Translations under genes and position numbers: made by a program
Part shown: positions 1-13,747 of the stretch, piece after piece
Numbering within the stretch: position 1 is the first letter of the stretch
How the letters are laid out: every line of letters starts with the position of its first letter
The notes under the pieces: model-generated
Seen by the model: only the letters and a program-made list of their open reading frames with translations
Databases searched by the model: none
Told to the model about the DNA's origin: nothing
DNA from: Setoptus koraiensis
Taxonomy: Eukaryota; Animalia; Arthropoda
NCBI GenBank assembly: GCA_048013815.1
Contig: CM106585.1
Span: 10,168,001 to 10,232,000 of the forward strand
Length of the DNA: 64,000 nt
Direction of reading: 5' to 3'

Positions 1-1144
1 TATCTTCTTTGTTATGTATATCTGTTATAAGATCGAAGGCGCAATGACATGATATTATACGAACAATGCAATTTTGCGCCTTACGACTCGCGTGCCAGAG
101 GGCTCAAAATTCAGCCTGGCATATCGCTTCCAAATTTTCGGGCAGCCAAGTTTTGTAGACAAACTTGTCGACCACTGGGCAACAACCAGAAGCCGATCAC
201 ATTGGCGTGTTGAATGTTCTGATCTTGTGGCAGACACACACATTCTCTTTAGGATATACAGGGATGGTTAATGTATCGATTGATATTGATTTTGGTTTGC
301 AGTTTAGCCGCAGCGTTCAGCAACCCACCAGAATCTTTATACTTCTTCTTGCTAACGAGGTGTGGCAAATTTAAGCAGAATAGAGATGATAGGAGCCACT
401 GGTTTGTCACACCTAAATTCTGATCAATCACTACCAGTTGATTCGATTTGAGTCTCTTATATTGATGACTACAGTAAATTGTCTTTGATTTCTGTTACGG
501 ATATCAGTCGTGAAAGTCGATGATAGTTTTGCTGATCGCGCGTTGCCAGCGTTTAATCATGATCAGCCAAGTTGACTCAGAGACAGCCACCAGTTAGTAA
601 ATACTCTAACTATTAGTAAACAGTTATAGCTGTCTCTAATCAACACATCAAACTAATTGCTGACTGTTTATGCCTAAAATGACTATGGCATGGGTGGGTT
701 CATGAAAGGTAAGGTTGATTGTGGTTCTCACACAGTCATCTTTGCTTTGCCTGATCTTGTTAGTTGCTAGCAATTTGAAGCAGCCATTTAGTGAATCTGG
801 GAGCGCATTTAGTAAACCAAACAGGATCACTCAACCAGTTTTCGTTTATGATGATCAATAGGTGATGAATGAAGCTCCAACTATGTTGGGTGACACCACT
901 AATGAATCAACTGAGGGTCTGTCCTTCAACTTTAAACGATTTAGGAGATTCGTTAGGTTCACTGCTGGCGACCACTTTTAGCTATATCAAGTTGGTTAAA
1001 GGTGTGTGTGTGTATGCGTGTGCTCAATTATGCCGCTTTCACAATTGTTCACCACACTCACCCAAAATTCACGGAGATTGGCATTTTGTTGTTGTGATCG
1101 TTGATCACTGGCGAACGTCTTCTCCCCGCTATTACCGTGGTAAT

Positions 1145-1197
1145 TTCAACTGTAATTTATAGTGGATAATGGTTATCATCTATAAATTACAGTTGAA
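1145..1197. repeat. Inverted repeat / hairpin (perfect 18-bp arms)
   Basis: TTCAACTGTAATTTATAG (1145-1162) is the exact reverse complement of CTATAAATTACAGTTGAA (1180-1197); the inner GATAA/TTATC can add 5 more pairs. Confidence 0.75.
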
Positions 1198-4100
1198 CAT
1201 CTAAAACAACACACATCCCATCACTAAAAGCGTGAATAATAATGAATTCATTGTAAGTACATCTATTGGTCGCTAGTGTCACTTGTGAACTTGTATCATT
1301 ATTATGGGACACATCTACTAAGGTTTGAGTTTATCTGCTTGTTAGCTTGCTGTCAATTCGACTATGATTTATCAATCGTGTAGGTTGGTGTGTGCACCTG
1401 GGAGTTGTGTATTGTTGTAGTGAAGCGCGCTTATTCGGCCAATATGTCCTAATTGATTGGTGGACCGATGCATGCTTCACGCATCAATTTACTAACGGTC
1501 ACAGATAGACATGGCACACTAGAACGGTAGTACACTCTTGATTCGAACAATTGGTAAAATTTGAAATAAACAGCTAGAAATAGATGAACGTGTGCTGCCG
1601 AATTGCTGAACAGCAGCACCGTGGAGCTGCAACAACAGCTCGAGTCTCGTCTAGACTTTTGCGAAAGACTTTGCCACCATTTAACTCACTGTTGCTCATG
1701 CATAATTGCTGCACAATTGTTGTTATATGGCACTGACCAAAGATCAATAATCGGATAATACTAATCGAGTGTCGGTGATCCAGTTATAAATAGTCGGCTA
1801 GCTAAGCGTAATTTTGAGAACGATTTGCATAAATGTGTCTATGGGTCCATCCGCAGATTCGGTTTCACCTTGCAAAAGTTGAGAATAAAAAGTGAGCGAT
1901 CCAGTTGCTCCCATCGCCACTCAATGTAAATAACTTGTGTCTATAAGGCATAATAAGGCAGATAGAGTCTGCAATGATAATGTAATAATAGTGATAGTAA
2001 TATAGTGATAAACATTTGCATAATTGGAACTGCACGCTTGCAGCGATTGTTCCAATTATATTTTGGTATGTGCAACCATATGCAACCAAAGCGCTGTTCA
2101 TTGTTACCAGTCGATTGTGACCGGTGCAATGTTTTATTGTGCGTGCCTGTACATGTTTGTGGGCGCTTGGCCCAAAGGTGCGCCGACTCACAACCGAGAC
2201 CCGCACACACACACTCGACCAATCAGTGACTCTGATTCAGTGTGCGGCGCATCGATGATCGAGAACATTCCATAACCGATATCTGTGCTACAGATTCTGC
2301 AGCGCGTGCGCTGCCCCAACACTGAGTGCCGTGTCGTTACATTATCCCTTCGGTGACCGAAATTCGGTTCTGCGACAACTGTAATCACAACTGTTGCCGG
2401 AAGCAAGTGAATACAGTCAGCTCAACAATAATGGCAGCAACAGGAAAATGGCGCCAATCCATTGTTTGTCCGCTCTTACAGGCTGTTAGAGCGGCGCTCT
2501 ATCAACGTGCTTGACGGTGTTCATGTGCCCTCAGCAACGGCTCGGTGCGATTCCGTACATTTGGTTGTGCACATACCGGCTCATCACGATAGCGACGATT
2601 ATTTGGTCGACATACTACCAATATAACGTAATAATATAACGTAATAATATAACATAGACACCGCCAATATTCAATTATCTCTCAGCGCCCTTGGCCGGCG
2701 AGACCTAATGATGCTGCCTATACACGCAGATATATATTAGACACATATAAATATTAATAGCGGCAGCAACGATAACAATTCTCTCCATTATATCTGTCTA
2801 TGTCATCCGCGTCAGATACAGCAGGAATACATGCGAATATGGTTTGCGCTAGACTGCTCGCCGGAGCTGGGCTTCATCATCACGTTATCACGAGATAGTA
2901 GATTAAAACAATAACACCGACAACAAAGAGCCTGCCGCCGACATACGTTCGTATTTACGCTGTTGTTGTTCATGTGGTGGTTTCATAAATAGGACGACGA
3001 GCGGAACACGAACAAACGAACAACAAAATAGGATATTAAGCTCTTTCCGGACACTTGTTGATTTGTGCTAATAGAAACGAAGCGCATCACACCAGACGCA
3101 TTATGAGGCACCGAATACAATTATTACACTGCAACCGCACACACATTAGGTGCGCCTTTGATTTTGCGGCGAATACCTTTTTCGTTTAGATCAATTTACT
3201 AGATCATGGCTATTTAGATTTGAACATATAGCAACAACATGTACAGCATGTCAGCAATAATTAATAATTAACTGACATGCATGATATCACTCAAACAACA
3301 AAAAAATGAACTTCAATTATATTTAAAACAGATCAATGTGCGTTAGTTATGAACTGCCATTACAACTGCTAGTCAATAGGGTGCGACGCTAAAACCAACG
3401 TCTACTTATATCACCTACTGGATCAGACGAAAATGGAAAGGTTCATTTGAAAGTGTGGACACAATCGTCATACACACTGTTCGGTGCCGCAGTGTGCTCT
3501 ATCACTTAGAGAGAATCAGTCACAATCGTATATGTGTCTCTCTCGCTCTCTTGATATGTGGTTCTTTAGCGGTTAGTGTGGCTATAATGTGGCGATGGAA
3601 TCGGTAAACTAATCGGCTTACATGCAACAATCTTCTACTGCTGCGGTTGCTGCTTAAGCTATCATAGTTCACACTCAATTATCGGATTAAAGGCAAAGGT
3701 GTGTTATATAAGTAACTATGGCAATTATTTTGAGCACAGCGATCATCAATGCTAGAGAAAGAAAGGAAAAAAGAAGAAGAAAAAGAATGAATCATTCGCT
3801 ATCACAAATTACAAACTCTGAGCCTCTCTGTGAGCTTGAGTCGCCCCAGATTAATACAAATAATCGTGGAAACTAGTACAAAGAACACAGCGTAGGAAGA
3901 GGTGATTAAACGCCGAAATACCTATTAAGTTGGGCGTCTGATCGAGCCCATCGAGTAATCAATTGATCGTGGTTGCATCGACGTATAACCTCTGTTTCTA
4001 TCACGTACCTACAGTTGCAATTGCTATTTGCTCTCTCTACCTACGATGCAAATAATGTCACAAAACTTACCTGCATGTCGAACGGTCTACTTGGCATAAT

Positions 4101-7100
4101 AGCCAAATAGACATCTATATATACATCTGTGTATATTTATGTACATGTGTTTGTCAAAAAAAGAATAGGACGTGAGCGTAAAATTTCACTATAATGTTTG
4201 CTAATAGGATTAATGCTGACAAGAGGAGGAAAACAATCGTTATTAAATGCGGTAAATACGCTTGGTTTTAGAGACGTCCCAGACGGCAGCCACCGGTACA
4301 AACATCCTTCGATACTTAGAGAAACGGATGGATGCAAGTAGGGGCTGACTCAAATCATCGACACGGCATACAATTCGAAGATTGTGGTGATAATGCCGTA
4401 ATCAAAAAACCGACACCATTAGTCTGCCGCAACCATTCCTATTGCTCAGGGTGATTGAAGGGTGATGATACTTTTTGGGTTAATCTCGATCACTCAAAAG
4501 CTTTGATGTTAGTTAATATTGGAGGCGCAAACACTGTTCAGTGATAAGCCATTCAATCAAGCCGGAGAATAAGCGAAATCTCTTTGTTGCGGCAAATGTA
4601 TGGAATTTCGTGAGCATGCATCCGACGAAAGCAACAGAACGCAGTATAGAGATTCATTGTGGTCAATGAGGAACTTGTCGCAGAACCCTCACATCACCAT
4701 AATTACCAATGAGTTCTGTTCATCTTTTGAACATGCTGAAAGAACTCTTCGATTTTTGCGCTGAACACGGGAGACACGGCGGCGTCAAATTAGTGTAATT
4801 TGCAAAAAAAAAGAAACAGCAACATAAACTGTAAAGAGAGACTATCTGGAATAGTTTTGCCGAACATTTTTAAGCATTTCTTTTGGGAAAGCCCACTATT
4901 TCCATGTATGTGTATTGTTACTGGACGGACAAGTAGAGAAGTTTCTATTGGCTCACATACACATATTTTGAAACCATTGTGAGAAGAAGTTTCGAAAACC
5001 GACCAAGATTGTCCCTGTTGTTCAATGGAAAAGAGATGAGCGCACTGATGGGATCAATCACCATGACACCTAACAAACTAACTGCACTGACTTCGGCAAT
5101 TCCACAATGGAAATTTCGGCAATTTGTATGCGAAATAAACACGGAGGCCTCCGTTAAAGGATTGATGGATGCCGTATTATAATAGACATAGCCATGGACG
5201 AGAGGAGAATTGGAGCAACAAACACTCACACTTGCACATATAGTCCGTGTGAGTTGAGGATCCTCTATGTTCATCATAATCATTTATCTTGCGCTCTTTG
5301 CACCTACCACTGGTTGTGTTAGAGGTGGCAATGGTAGTAGTCAAACAAGAGATGATGTGGTCGTGATTGTGATCATACTGTCGGTATGAGTCAAAGGACT
5401 CCTACAAAGAAGGCAACAAGTCATTTGGTAGGTTGGAATGGCAGCAAAAAAGTCAGGTAGCATTATTTGCTGGATCTTTCGGCATCTATGGTAACCGTGT
5501 GTCTACCTAGTGTTTTTAGAAAAGCAATAGCAACTGCTTGGCAGCAACAGAAACACGGTTAGATATTCCGACAGAACAAGACATACTACTTGAGAATTCT
5601 GTTCGTATGCCCGTACATCCCGTGCCTGCCGCATGTACAGGCACGGGAAAGGGCAATGGATGGTGCTGTATTTTATATTAACAACAATGGCCCGACAACA
5701 ACAGCTTGGCACTTTATCCTAACCTTCTTCTTTTGTGTTTACCTGGCCACTTTGAGAACTTTTGCGCCAGGGAACCTCATCGAAGAAGCTCAAACTCGAC
5801 CTCAGGATGAGCGCATGACTATTTTGGGAGCGACCTTCAATTCTGTCTATTCTCTAGCACTTGTTTGTGTCCGCTCAATAGCTGCCTCTATGATTTGTCT
5901 CCTTTTCTCCTCTAGCTTCTCGAATGTTATTAGCCGAAAATTGTTGTTTTATTAGGTGCTAATATTGTCGTTGACGTTGCAGCAGCTCTCGGTGTGATAC
6001 TGAAAATAGAGAAACGAAGGTGGCGATTGTCAAATGATTATCAAGCACATAAACTAACTAAGGAAAAAAGCAGCACGCCAAAAGCAATTTGTTTTCCATT
6101 GTTTGGAAAAGAAAGAGTTGTCAATAATGTTACCTTGGCAAACACCAGTTGTCGACTGTTATCTCCATTAGAGAGACCATTTGGCGATAATGTTATTATT
6201 GTTGCATGTATATTGCCGTTCAGTGTAGACCGAGAGAGCTATCAACATTAATTGGCCGCCATTAGGAGTGTGTGTGTGTGTGTGTGAATTAGCAGTGGCA
6301 TTCGATCTGAAGTTGCTATTATTATCATTGGCCAACGTCGACAAGAGGCAATCTACAACTTCTCGGCAAGCTCGGAGCCGTAGCTGAGTAGAAGTTTGTT
6401 GTTGCGAGCCAAATCATCACTGCTGCAACAGTGGTCAAGTAGTGGCGATGAGCACTCTCGCCACTACCTATACAGAGCGAGAGATAGAGAGACACACTTG
6501 CCGAATTAACATGAAAACAAAAATATTGTTATGTATTAATTATTTAATCTAAATTTAATTACTAATATCTTGATCGATAAATCAAATGATTCGGCCTTTG
6601 GCCTGGCTCCAGCATGCCGCTCTCAACATGATCTCATGAGAGAAGCAGCGGCGGCGCAATTGAGACCAGGTAGTAAAGTTGTGGCGGTTGTAGTCGCACG
6701 TCACATAATTATCAACAAGTACCACACGATATATAGAGTACAACAACAAGATAAATCGAGAAATTCAGTTCATTTGAATGAATTATAGATATTAACCGCC
6801 ATGATGGTCGGCACTTACATACGAGGCGGCTCTCTCTTAATGACCACAAATTGGTTTAATGATACCATCGCCTTTTACTCGCCCTGAAACTATCCACTGA
6901 TAGCACCGAGAGCACCGAGAGAAGAGATATAACTGGATGGTGTGCGGATTGCCACACACTGGCCATGCCCAAACGAAACTTATTGATTCGAGAAACAACA
7001 CGCCAGCCAGTTGATTCGGGCCGAGCAGCGCATTAGGAAACTGGGAGCGCTCTTGCTGAAGTACAAGTGGGCAACGAGGCGGCGTGCCAGCATAACTAGA

Positions 7101-8655
7101 ACATCATCGATAAAATCGTTACAGAAAAAAAGAGAAGAGGAGGCAGATGATATTTTGCCATCTTGGGCATTGGCGTATTTGCCAATGGACCAACAGCATG
7201 CAGCGCCAGAAGCATGAAAATGACGATGATGCTGATTCTGATGATCAAACTACTCGGTAGCCCAATTAAACAAAAAGATAGAGAGAGGGCGGCTTTGTGT
7301 TTGTATCGCTTCGTGTCGTTTGTATGCACCATTGAATCGGCACTAGCACTATGGTCGCACTTCGAAATTATGATCAATTCTAAATCATAACAACTAATAA
7401 CATGGAAGAGGCATAATAATAACCATGATTGTGCCGCAAAATTCGTGTGTGATTGCGTGCAGTATCTCATATACTTGTTATTTTATGTTCGACGAACATG
7501 TTTGAATTGATTGAGCCGAAAAACCGCAGTCAGTCAACGCCGCGCCGCAACGGGCCAAACAGCAGCGCGGCAACGCGATTTTCATTAAAATCATAATTGT
7601 ATATTAGCAAATCATTGGCAACGATCACTTTGCAACAGTCAGTCAGTCAGTCAGTGAGCCAGTTAGTTAGATACATTTGTTGTTGTCTAACGACGACGCC
7701 AACGAACAAAACGAGTTGAGCCTCGGCTTCGCGCTGTCAGTGTTTGCGATGATGCCGAACCACAACACACAGATTCAGAGTTGTGTAAACAACTCGTCGG
7801 CTATACGAGACCCACTAGGGTGGCTTGGGCGGCGAAACAAAATGGTGCAGCGGTGATATCCGGACAAACGATTCAAACGATCCGATCAATTTACAAGCGG
7901 ACCAACTGACCAAATGGGCACTCTTTTGTGTGACCGGTCGGCAAACATCGGCCGCTCATTTGTTATGTCTATCAGCAAGAGAACAACAACAACAGTTATT
8001 GTTGTTCGCTTGCTACAATCACAATCGCCATTTCAGCGTCGCTAAATTTCAAAGAGTTAGTCGCTGGAAAACAGACGAGAACAGAAAGAGAAGCGCCAAC
8101 AGCACCAATAGTGACTGTGACTTTCTCCCTTGTTTTGTTTTTTATATTTGTTGAAAAGCGACTTCTTTCACTAGTGATTTATTGACAGACAGAGGGTTGC
8201 TTGCTGGCAAACTCTCGACCACAGACACACACTACTCTCTTTACATGTATACAAACATATAAAATAGGAGGAACACACACGAATTCTTCTAAATGGCGAC
8301 ATTTTTATGGTCGTTTGTCGCCTGAAATCGATCATGAACTGATTAGAAAGAAAAGCAGAAATGTTTAATGCTGCTGCTGCCGACCACCACTATTGACGGG
8401 CCAGCGCAAATTCAATTTAAATATAACTCGACATTATTATGGCTATGGCAGTTAGAAGTTGCTCTAATTGAATGATCATTAGCTACATGTGTATATCGGC
8501 AAAAGATACATCATGTCGTCTATTCTACCTGCGGCGATTTTTATCTATATAATCTCCCATCGCGCGACTCAACACACTCACAAGTAATAGCAATAGCGAA
8601 ATTCGTGCTCTGAATAGTTTTTCGCTGGTGTTGTTCTCAGATTAACTCCACTCAC

Positions 8656-9925
8656 CTGAACTCTGGCCTCTGTCAATCTTGTTCTTTGTGCGAGCTCCTC
8701 TCTAGTGTAGATATCTAGATGTGTGTCGATATAGGATTGAGGCATGATTAGAGAATAGTTTAGTATAGGCTGTCGTGGTATTGGTTTAGACGCCCGACTT
8801 TACGAGCAACAAACCATTGACGCTCGCTATCAGCCGATTGACTTGTTATCAACTTGTTAACTCACCTGGATATTGAGATTTATCAAACGCCTTCTCGAGT
8901 TCGTCCAATTGTAAGGCTGTGAATGTTGTTCTAGATCGTCGTTGTTTTCGTTTCAATGTACAATTTGGTTCAGTGTCCGAATCTGAATCATTTGAGTCAT
9001 CCATCGAACCTTCATCTACGCGTTGTTTCGGCAGAGTTGGTTGATTGTTGTTGTTGTTAATCGTCATGGTCAATTGAGAGTAGAATTAATGTAGAGTGAA
9101 ATAGAAATTAAGAGAATAGAAGAGAAAGAAAGAGGACATATTAGAGAAAAGATTGTAATATCATCATGATATTGTTATGATCATGATTTAAGAGACACAC
9201 AAATACACAGACAGAGAGACAACAAGGGCAACAACAAACAAACAAGCTGCAAACAGTGTGTTAAATTTAGTTGGTATCCGAGCGTATAGATGATGAGAGG
9301 AGGACGACGGCGAGGACGACGACGACCTGCTTTGTCACGCTTCAAGTTTGTTCCTTTTTCTTTGGGTCTCTCTCTCTCTCTCTTTTGTTATCATGATTAT
9401 TGTTATTATTCTACTTGTTGCTTGGTGTTGGTTGTGATGGTGGTGATATAGTTCAATGGAGAAGCTGAATTGTGTGCCTAGTTTGAGGACAACTCTCAAT
9501 CTATCTAGTGTGCATATATGACCCGCGAGAGCCATCAGCGCACTGGCTAACTGATTGACAGTGAACTGGATGATAATGATGACATTAATTACAGTCAGTC
9601 TTCATTGGTGGTTTTGTCATGACTTGCCACACACAACCACAAAACAACGGCAACAGGTTCTGTCAGATTGTGTTGGAGATATCACTAGAACCACAAACAA
9701 AGCCTCGACGGAGTCGTATTATTGTTCATTCAAATTGAGCCAACTTGTTGTTGATCATCACATCATGATGCTGATTTTGTTGCTGTTGTTGTTGCTGTTG
9801 TTGTTGGTCATCAATTAAGATATCTGAGACGACGACCACCACCACCACGACAAGCGTCAATATCTTTTTTCAATCGCACCAACTGAAGCCTGGCCCGTCA
9901 CCGGCCGAGAAGCTACCAGAGAGGA

Positions 9926-9956
<31 letters not shown>

Positions 9957-10834
9957 TCCAAATTGGACAAGCTCCATCACGCTATATTCAAATCATGCGG
10001 TCAGTCGTGGTGCCTGCGGTCAGCATTTGTCGAGACAACTCTACCTACTGGGCACTGACCACCTATTAGTTAGTCATTAGTGACTGCTGTTGGCTCGCTC
10101 AGCCGTTCGTTCGTCCGTCCGTCTGGCTTGTGTGCGTAGTTGTGACGCAACCACATACTAAATTATCTTGTCTCATCTAAATTATCTATGTTTATGACCA
10201 CACTTATATATAGGTTTGCAGTTGGTTGTTGTTGTTATTATTAGAGCAATGGTTGTCGTGTGTGACTACCAAAACAATGATAATAGATCATGATGATGAT
10301 TACGGGTGTAGAGCACTTACCTGGATCGTATTTAGTGTTGCTGTTTGAAAATGTAGAGCTTACTTGATTATATAAACTACTATCGGCCACATTATCTACT
10401 ACTGTCAGTTGTTTAAGGCTACTTGCAATTTGTTGCTGTTGATGTGGCTGAGATTGTTGTGATTGTTGTTGTTGCGATTGTTGCTGTTGTTGTTGCGATT
10501 GTGATTGATCATTGTGATTTGATGAGCTACTTGACGAATTGCTCTTCTTACTTCCGCCAATTACACCAGGTCTAATACTTCCAGTTTCTTGAAATCTATT
10601 CAATATTTTCGAGACGCATCCATGGCTTACTTTTAATTGGCGACTTATAACACACGGTCTAATACCCTTGGCGGCCATTTCAACAATTTGCCATCTGATG
10701 TGATGCGGCAATGGTCGCCCATTGATAAATAGGCCACCCAATTGATTGACTCTACCCTGGCCCTGATAGGGGTAGGTGCCATAGTTATTGGCTAGGTAGG
10801 GCCTAAAACTTGCTGCTAACGAAGGCATAATCAT
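8656..10834 (-). CDS. Pax3/7: Pax3/7 (paired/gooseberry group) transcription factor, partial: exons 10834-10321, 9015-8866, 8714-8656; later exon(s) not found
   Basis: Exon 1 encodes [19 protein letters not shown]...[29 protein letters not shown]...[12 protein letters not shown] (group III paired domain, N-terminal half). Donor CCAG|GTAAGT at 10321 (phase 1) matches acceptor gtag|AT at 9015. Exon 2 encodes [29 protein letters not shown]; exon 3 encodes [20 protein letters not shown] and ends CAG|GTGAG, the typical paired-class homeodomain intron position. Confidence 0.88.
9926..9952. repeat. (AG)13 microsatellite in Pax3/7 intron 1
   Basis: Direct reading. Other short SSRs occur at ~6267-6285 (GT)n, ~7637-7655 (AGTC)n and ~61740-61756 (AG)n. 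Confidence 0.9.
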
Positions 10835-12378
10835 TGAAGACGATAATGATTGCTTGATTGATTATAATTATTTAACTTGTATGTATATTTGTTAATATGC
10901 TGGTGCTAGTGTATAAACTGCAACACTTGTTGTCGCTGTTGTTGTCTTGATACAACAATTATTATTTTGTTATTATCTTGTTGTCGCTGAAATTATTAAT
11001 TATTGTATTGTCTGTTATAATTGTAACTAACTAATTGTGTTATTCGATGAGTACTACTGTTAATGTCACTAACCGTTATAGATTTACGCTGATTGTGATG
11101 CTGGCACACTAAATCAATTAATTAATCTGAAGCGTTCGCTCTGCTCGTTAAATTGCTTTGTGTCGAATGATGGCGATTTGCTGATGCTATTCGCGCTATT
11201 TGTGCGAACATTTGATTTTAAACACAAAACGACGCTCAATCATCGAACAAACAGACAGAATTGTTCGCAGTGAAATGAAAATTCATTCTATCCATTGCAC
11301 TCCAGTCAGTCAGTTGTTCGCTCGTCGTCTGTTTGTTCGTCGTTCTTTTTGTTCCACGACTCGCTCGCTCTCCCCATTCGGCTCTGCTCACTCTGGCGCC
11401 ACCAGCCCACTCATCCCCCCACCCTCGCCCTTCATTTTGAGCTCGCCTATACTTTTGACGCATGCGCGTCAATCCAAGTCTCGTCTATAGTTCGATTCGT
11501 CGAACTATCTGTATCTGCCACACACAATCTGGCTATTCTTTTCCCTGTGAAAAGTATTGCCACCACTATAATTGTTATTATTATTGTTGCTGCTGCCTCG
11601 AGAACGCATGCGCACCATACCTCGGCCCACTGCTGCATGGCCACTCTGAGAGCTAACCATAATCGCAACAGATAATTGTTCTGTCAGCAATGGTGATGTT
11701 CGTCCGGTGCTGTTGTCCGGCGAACAATTCGGACAAGACAACAACAGCGGCCCCATAGAACCTGTTGCTAATATTCCATTTCGGAATAATTATTCGGACG
11801 CTAATGTCTGGATCAGCACCCATAAAATTTATCGCGAACTCTCGTCTAGGGATCTTGTCTCACTAAATGGCAACTAAACAATTGATTATGCATCAACAAT
11901 TGATGGGGTTTTATCATTAACCATCCATCTGATCCCCACATGGGAGCATCTATAATGTGAGCGCTGCATGAGGATTTATTAAAGTCAAATATAATAGTTG
12001 TCTAACAGATCAGGAATATTTCGTCGTTGTCTAGCTACATCTAGAGCTGTCGATAAGGGTTTCAAATGCGACTATTAGCGCCTAAACCCTGAACCCTTAC
12101 TCACGACCCAGAACAAAGTGATTAGAAACTAACGAAGACACTCTGACCAGCTTGACACCCGAATCAATATCAATGCACTGTATCTGCCAATGGGTCAGAA
12201 GTTCTGAAGATAAAACCCGATCTTGTGTGATTTTTCGAATCAGTATTTATTCGTTAAAATGGCACTCATGCTCTAATTTGTGATCTATCAAAAAAAAAGT
12301 ACAAAAGAATGGTTGAAATTGATTGTGATCATTGTTACCAAGTAGATCTGTGTCAGTAATCAGTTGATCATGTTGAAA

Positions 12379-13429
12379 CTATTTGCCAAATGGTGGCAAA
12401 CCAAATAATTCTGGCTTGAACTGCTCTAAGGAGCTTATAATCAGATTCGGTTTCACCTGAAGATTTGTCACATCTGTCTGTTTGTCAGGAACAAGTACCA
12501 CTTGCATTCCAGCCGCAACGGCCGCTTTGACACCGTTTATTGCATCCTCAAATACCAAAACGCTCTGTTGCGATTTTGGCGGCTCAGCAAATCGTTTGCC
12601 AGCCTGAATAAAGACATCGGGGAAAGGTTTACCATGCTTCACCTCTGGGTCTGAGCCAGCAAAGACATGGTGCGAGAATGGCTTACGCAGAATGTCGCCA
12701 AGGTGCGCAGTTTTACTCTCGAACTCTAGCTTGGGCGACCCAGTCGCAATCGCTATGGGTATTTTATTCTTTTCCAAGTGTTGAATTAATCTTGAGGCAC
12801 CCGGCATTAGACGGATAGTGGGGGATAATTCTTTCATTATGACTTCGTATTGCGCTATCAGATCCTCGGGGGTGAGTTTGTCGGTTAGACCGAGCTTGGC
12901 TAAGCATATGGCGGCGCCCTCTTTCGGGGTTGTTCCTAAGGTTAAGATGACGATTAAAAGTTGAGAGACAAAAATGGGACAAACAAAAAACAGTATATTG
13001 GTCGATTTGTTAATGATTTGATCGCTATAATCTATAATAACAAGGTTACCGGTCGCAACGAGTTCTGCCAGGCTCATACATACCCATCATCTCTGATTTG
13101 AGTTTCCACGAGAACTCTTTGCCATATTTCTTACACACTCTACCCAAGGCTATCGTGTAGTATTTTTCACTATCGATCAATAGACCATCCACATCAAATA
13201 CTACATGAGTTACCGGGTGAAAGGAATTAGTGGCATAACTGGAGCTTGTTGACATGTTGTTTAGAATGGTAGTTAACAAACTATTACGACTAGCGTCTAT
13301 TTTATTATTTGTAGATATAGCTCTAATGGGTGGTCTAATATGAGATGGTTTGTAGAGATGTGACAATTTTGTTGATGATGAAATGAGACGTTTGAAATAT
13401 TCTAAGCTAGGCATGTGACTGGTTGCCAT
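12379..13429 (-). CDS. HDHD1: HAD-family pseudouridine-5'-phosphatase (HDHD1/GS1-like), 2 exons 13429-13084 and 12935-12379, ~300 aa
   Basis: HAD motif I VVFDVDGLLIDSE, IAIATGS, VKHGKPFPDVF and VLVFEDAINGVKAAVAAGMQVV. Donor ATGG|GTATGT and acceptor ttag|GA are both phase 1. Confidence 0.9.
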
Positions 13430-13747
13430 ATTTGTGATATATTGCTGCTGATTTTTCAAGGTATGTGTCACGCGCTTTTGTCAGTTTAAAAGGACTTTTG
13501 CAAACCGCATAATGACGACTCATAATCTTAAATATGGTACTTTATATATCGGTACATTGCATATGACCATTAAGAAAAAAGAATGGCCAAGACCGAGAGC
13601 GCGCTATTTGAAACCATTCGTAACGGTTACGTAAAAACAGTTGTGACGTAATGATTGTACGAAAATGTTGCTTGAACCTCCATCATCTATCGACATTCAA
13701 CCAATATGATTATCATCAGCATTCATTAGGATTAAATCGCTATGTAG

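Noticed and set aside
4950-4980. TGG TTT CAA AAT (WFQN) on the minus strand as a possible homeodomain helix 3
   Set aside because: Followed by MCM-stop rather than RR, has no upstream AG acceptor, and Q50 would not fit Pax3/7.
55-8154. Numerous 60-125-aa ORFs on both strands, including a superficially GPCR-like one at 4945-5283
   Set aside because: Many start at GTG/TTG or run through microsatellites; no recognisable motifs or consistent exon chain.
9335-9830. Possible extra Pax exon (poly-Gln after tcag|AT at ~9824; ORF 9335-9535)
   Set aside because: In-frame stop shortly after the poly-Gln and no compatible donor; exon 1 and the homeodomain exon already join in phase.
10546-10551. Donor-like GGAA|GTAAGA right after paired-domain GG
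   Set aside because: No RED-encoding exon found downstream to accept it, and the frame stays open to a better, phase-compatible donor at 10321. Kept only as the test that would refute the RED-loss finding.
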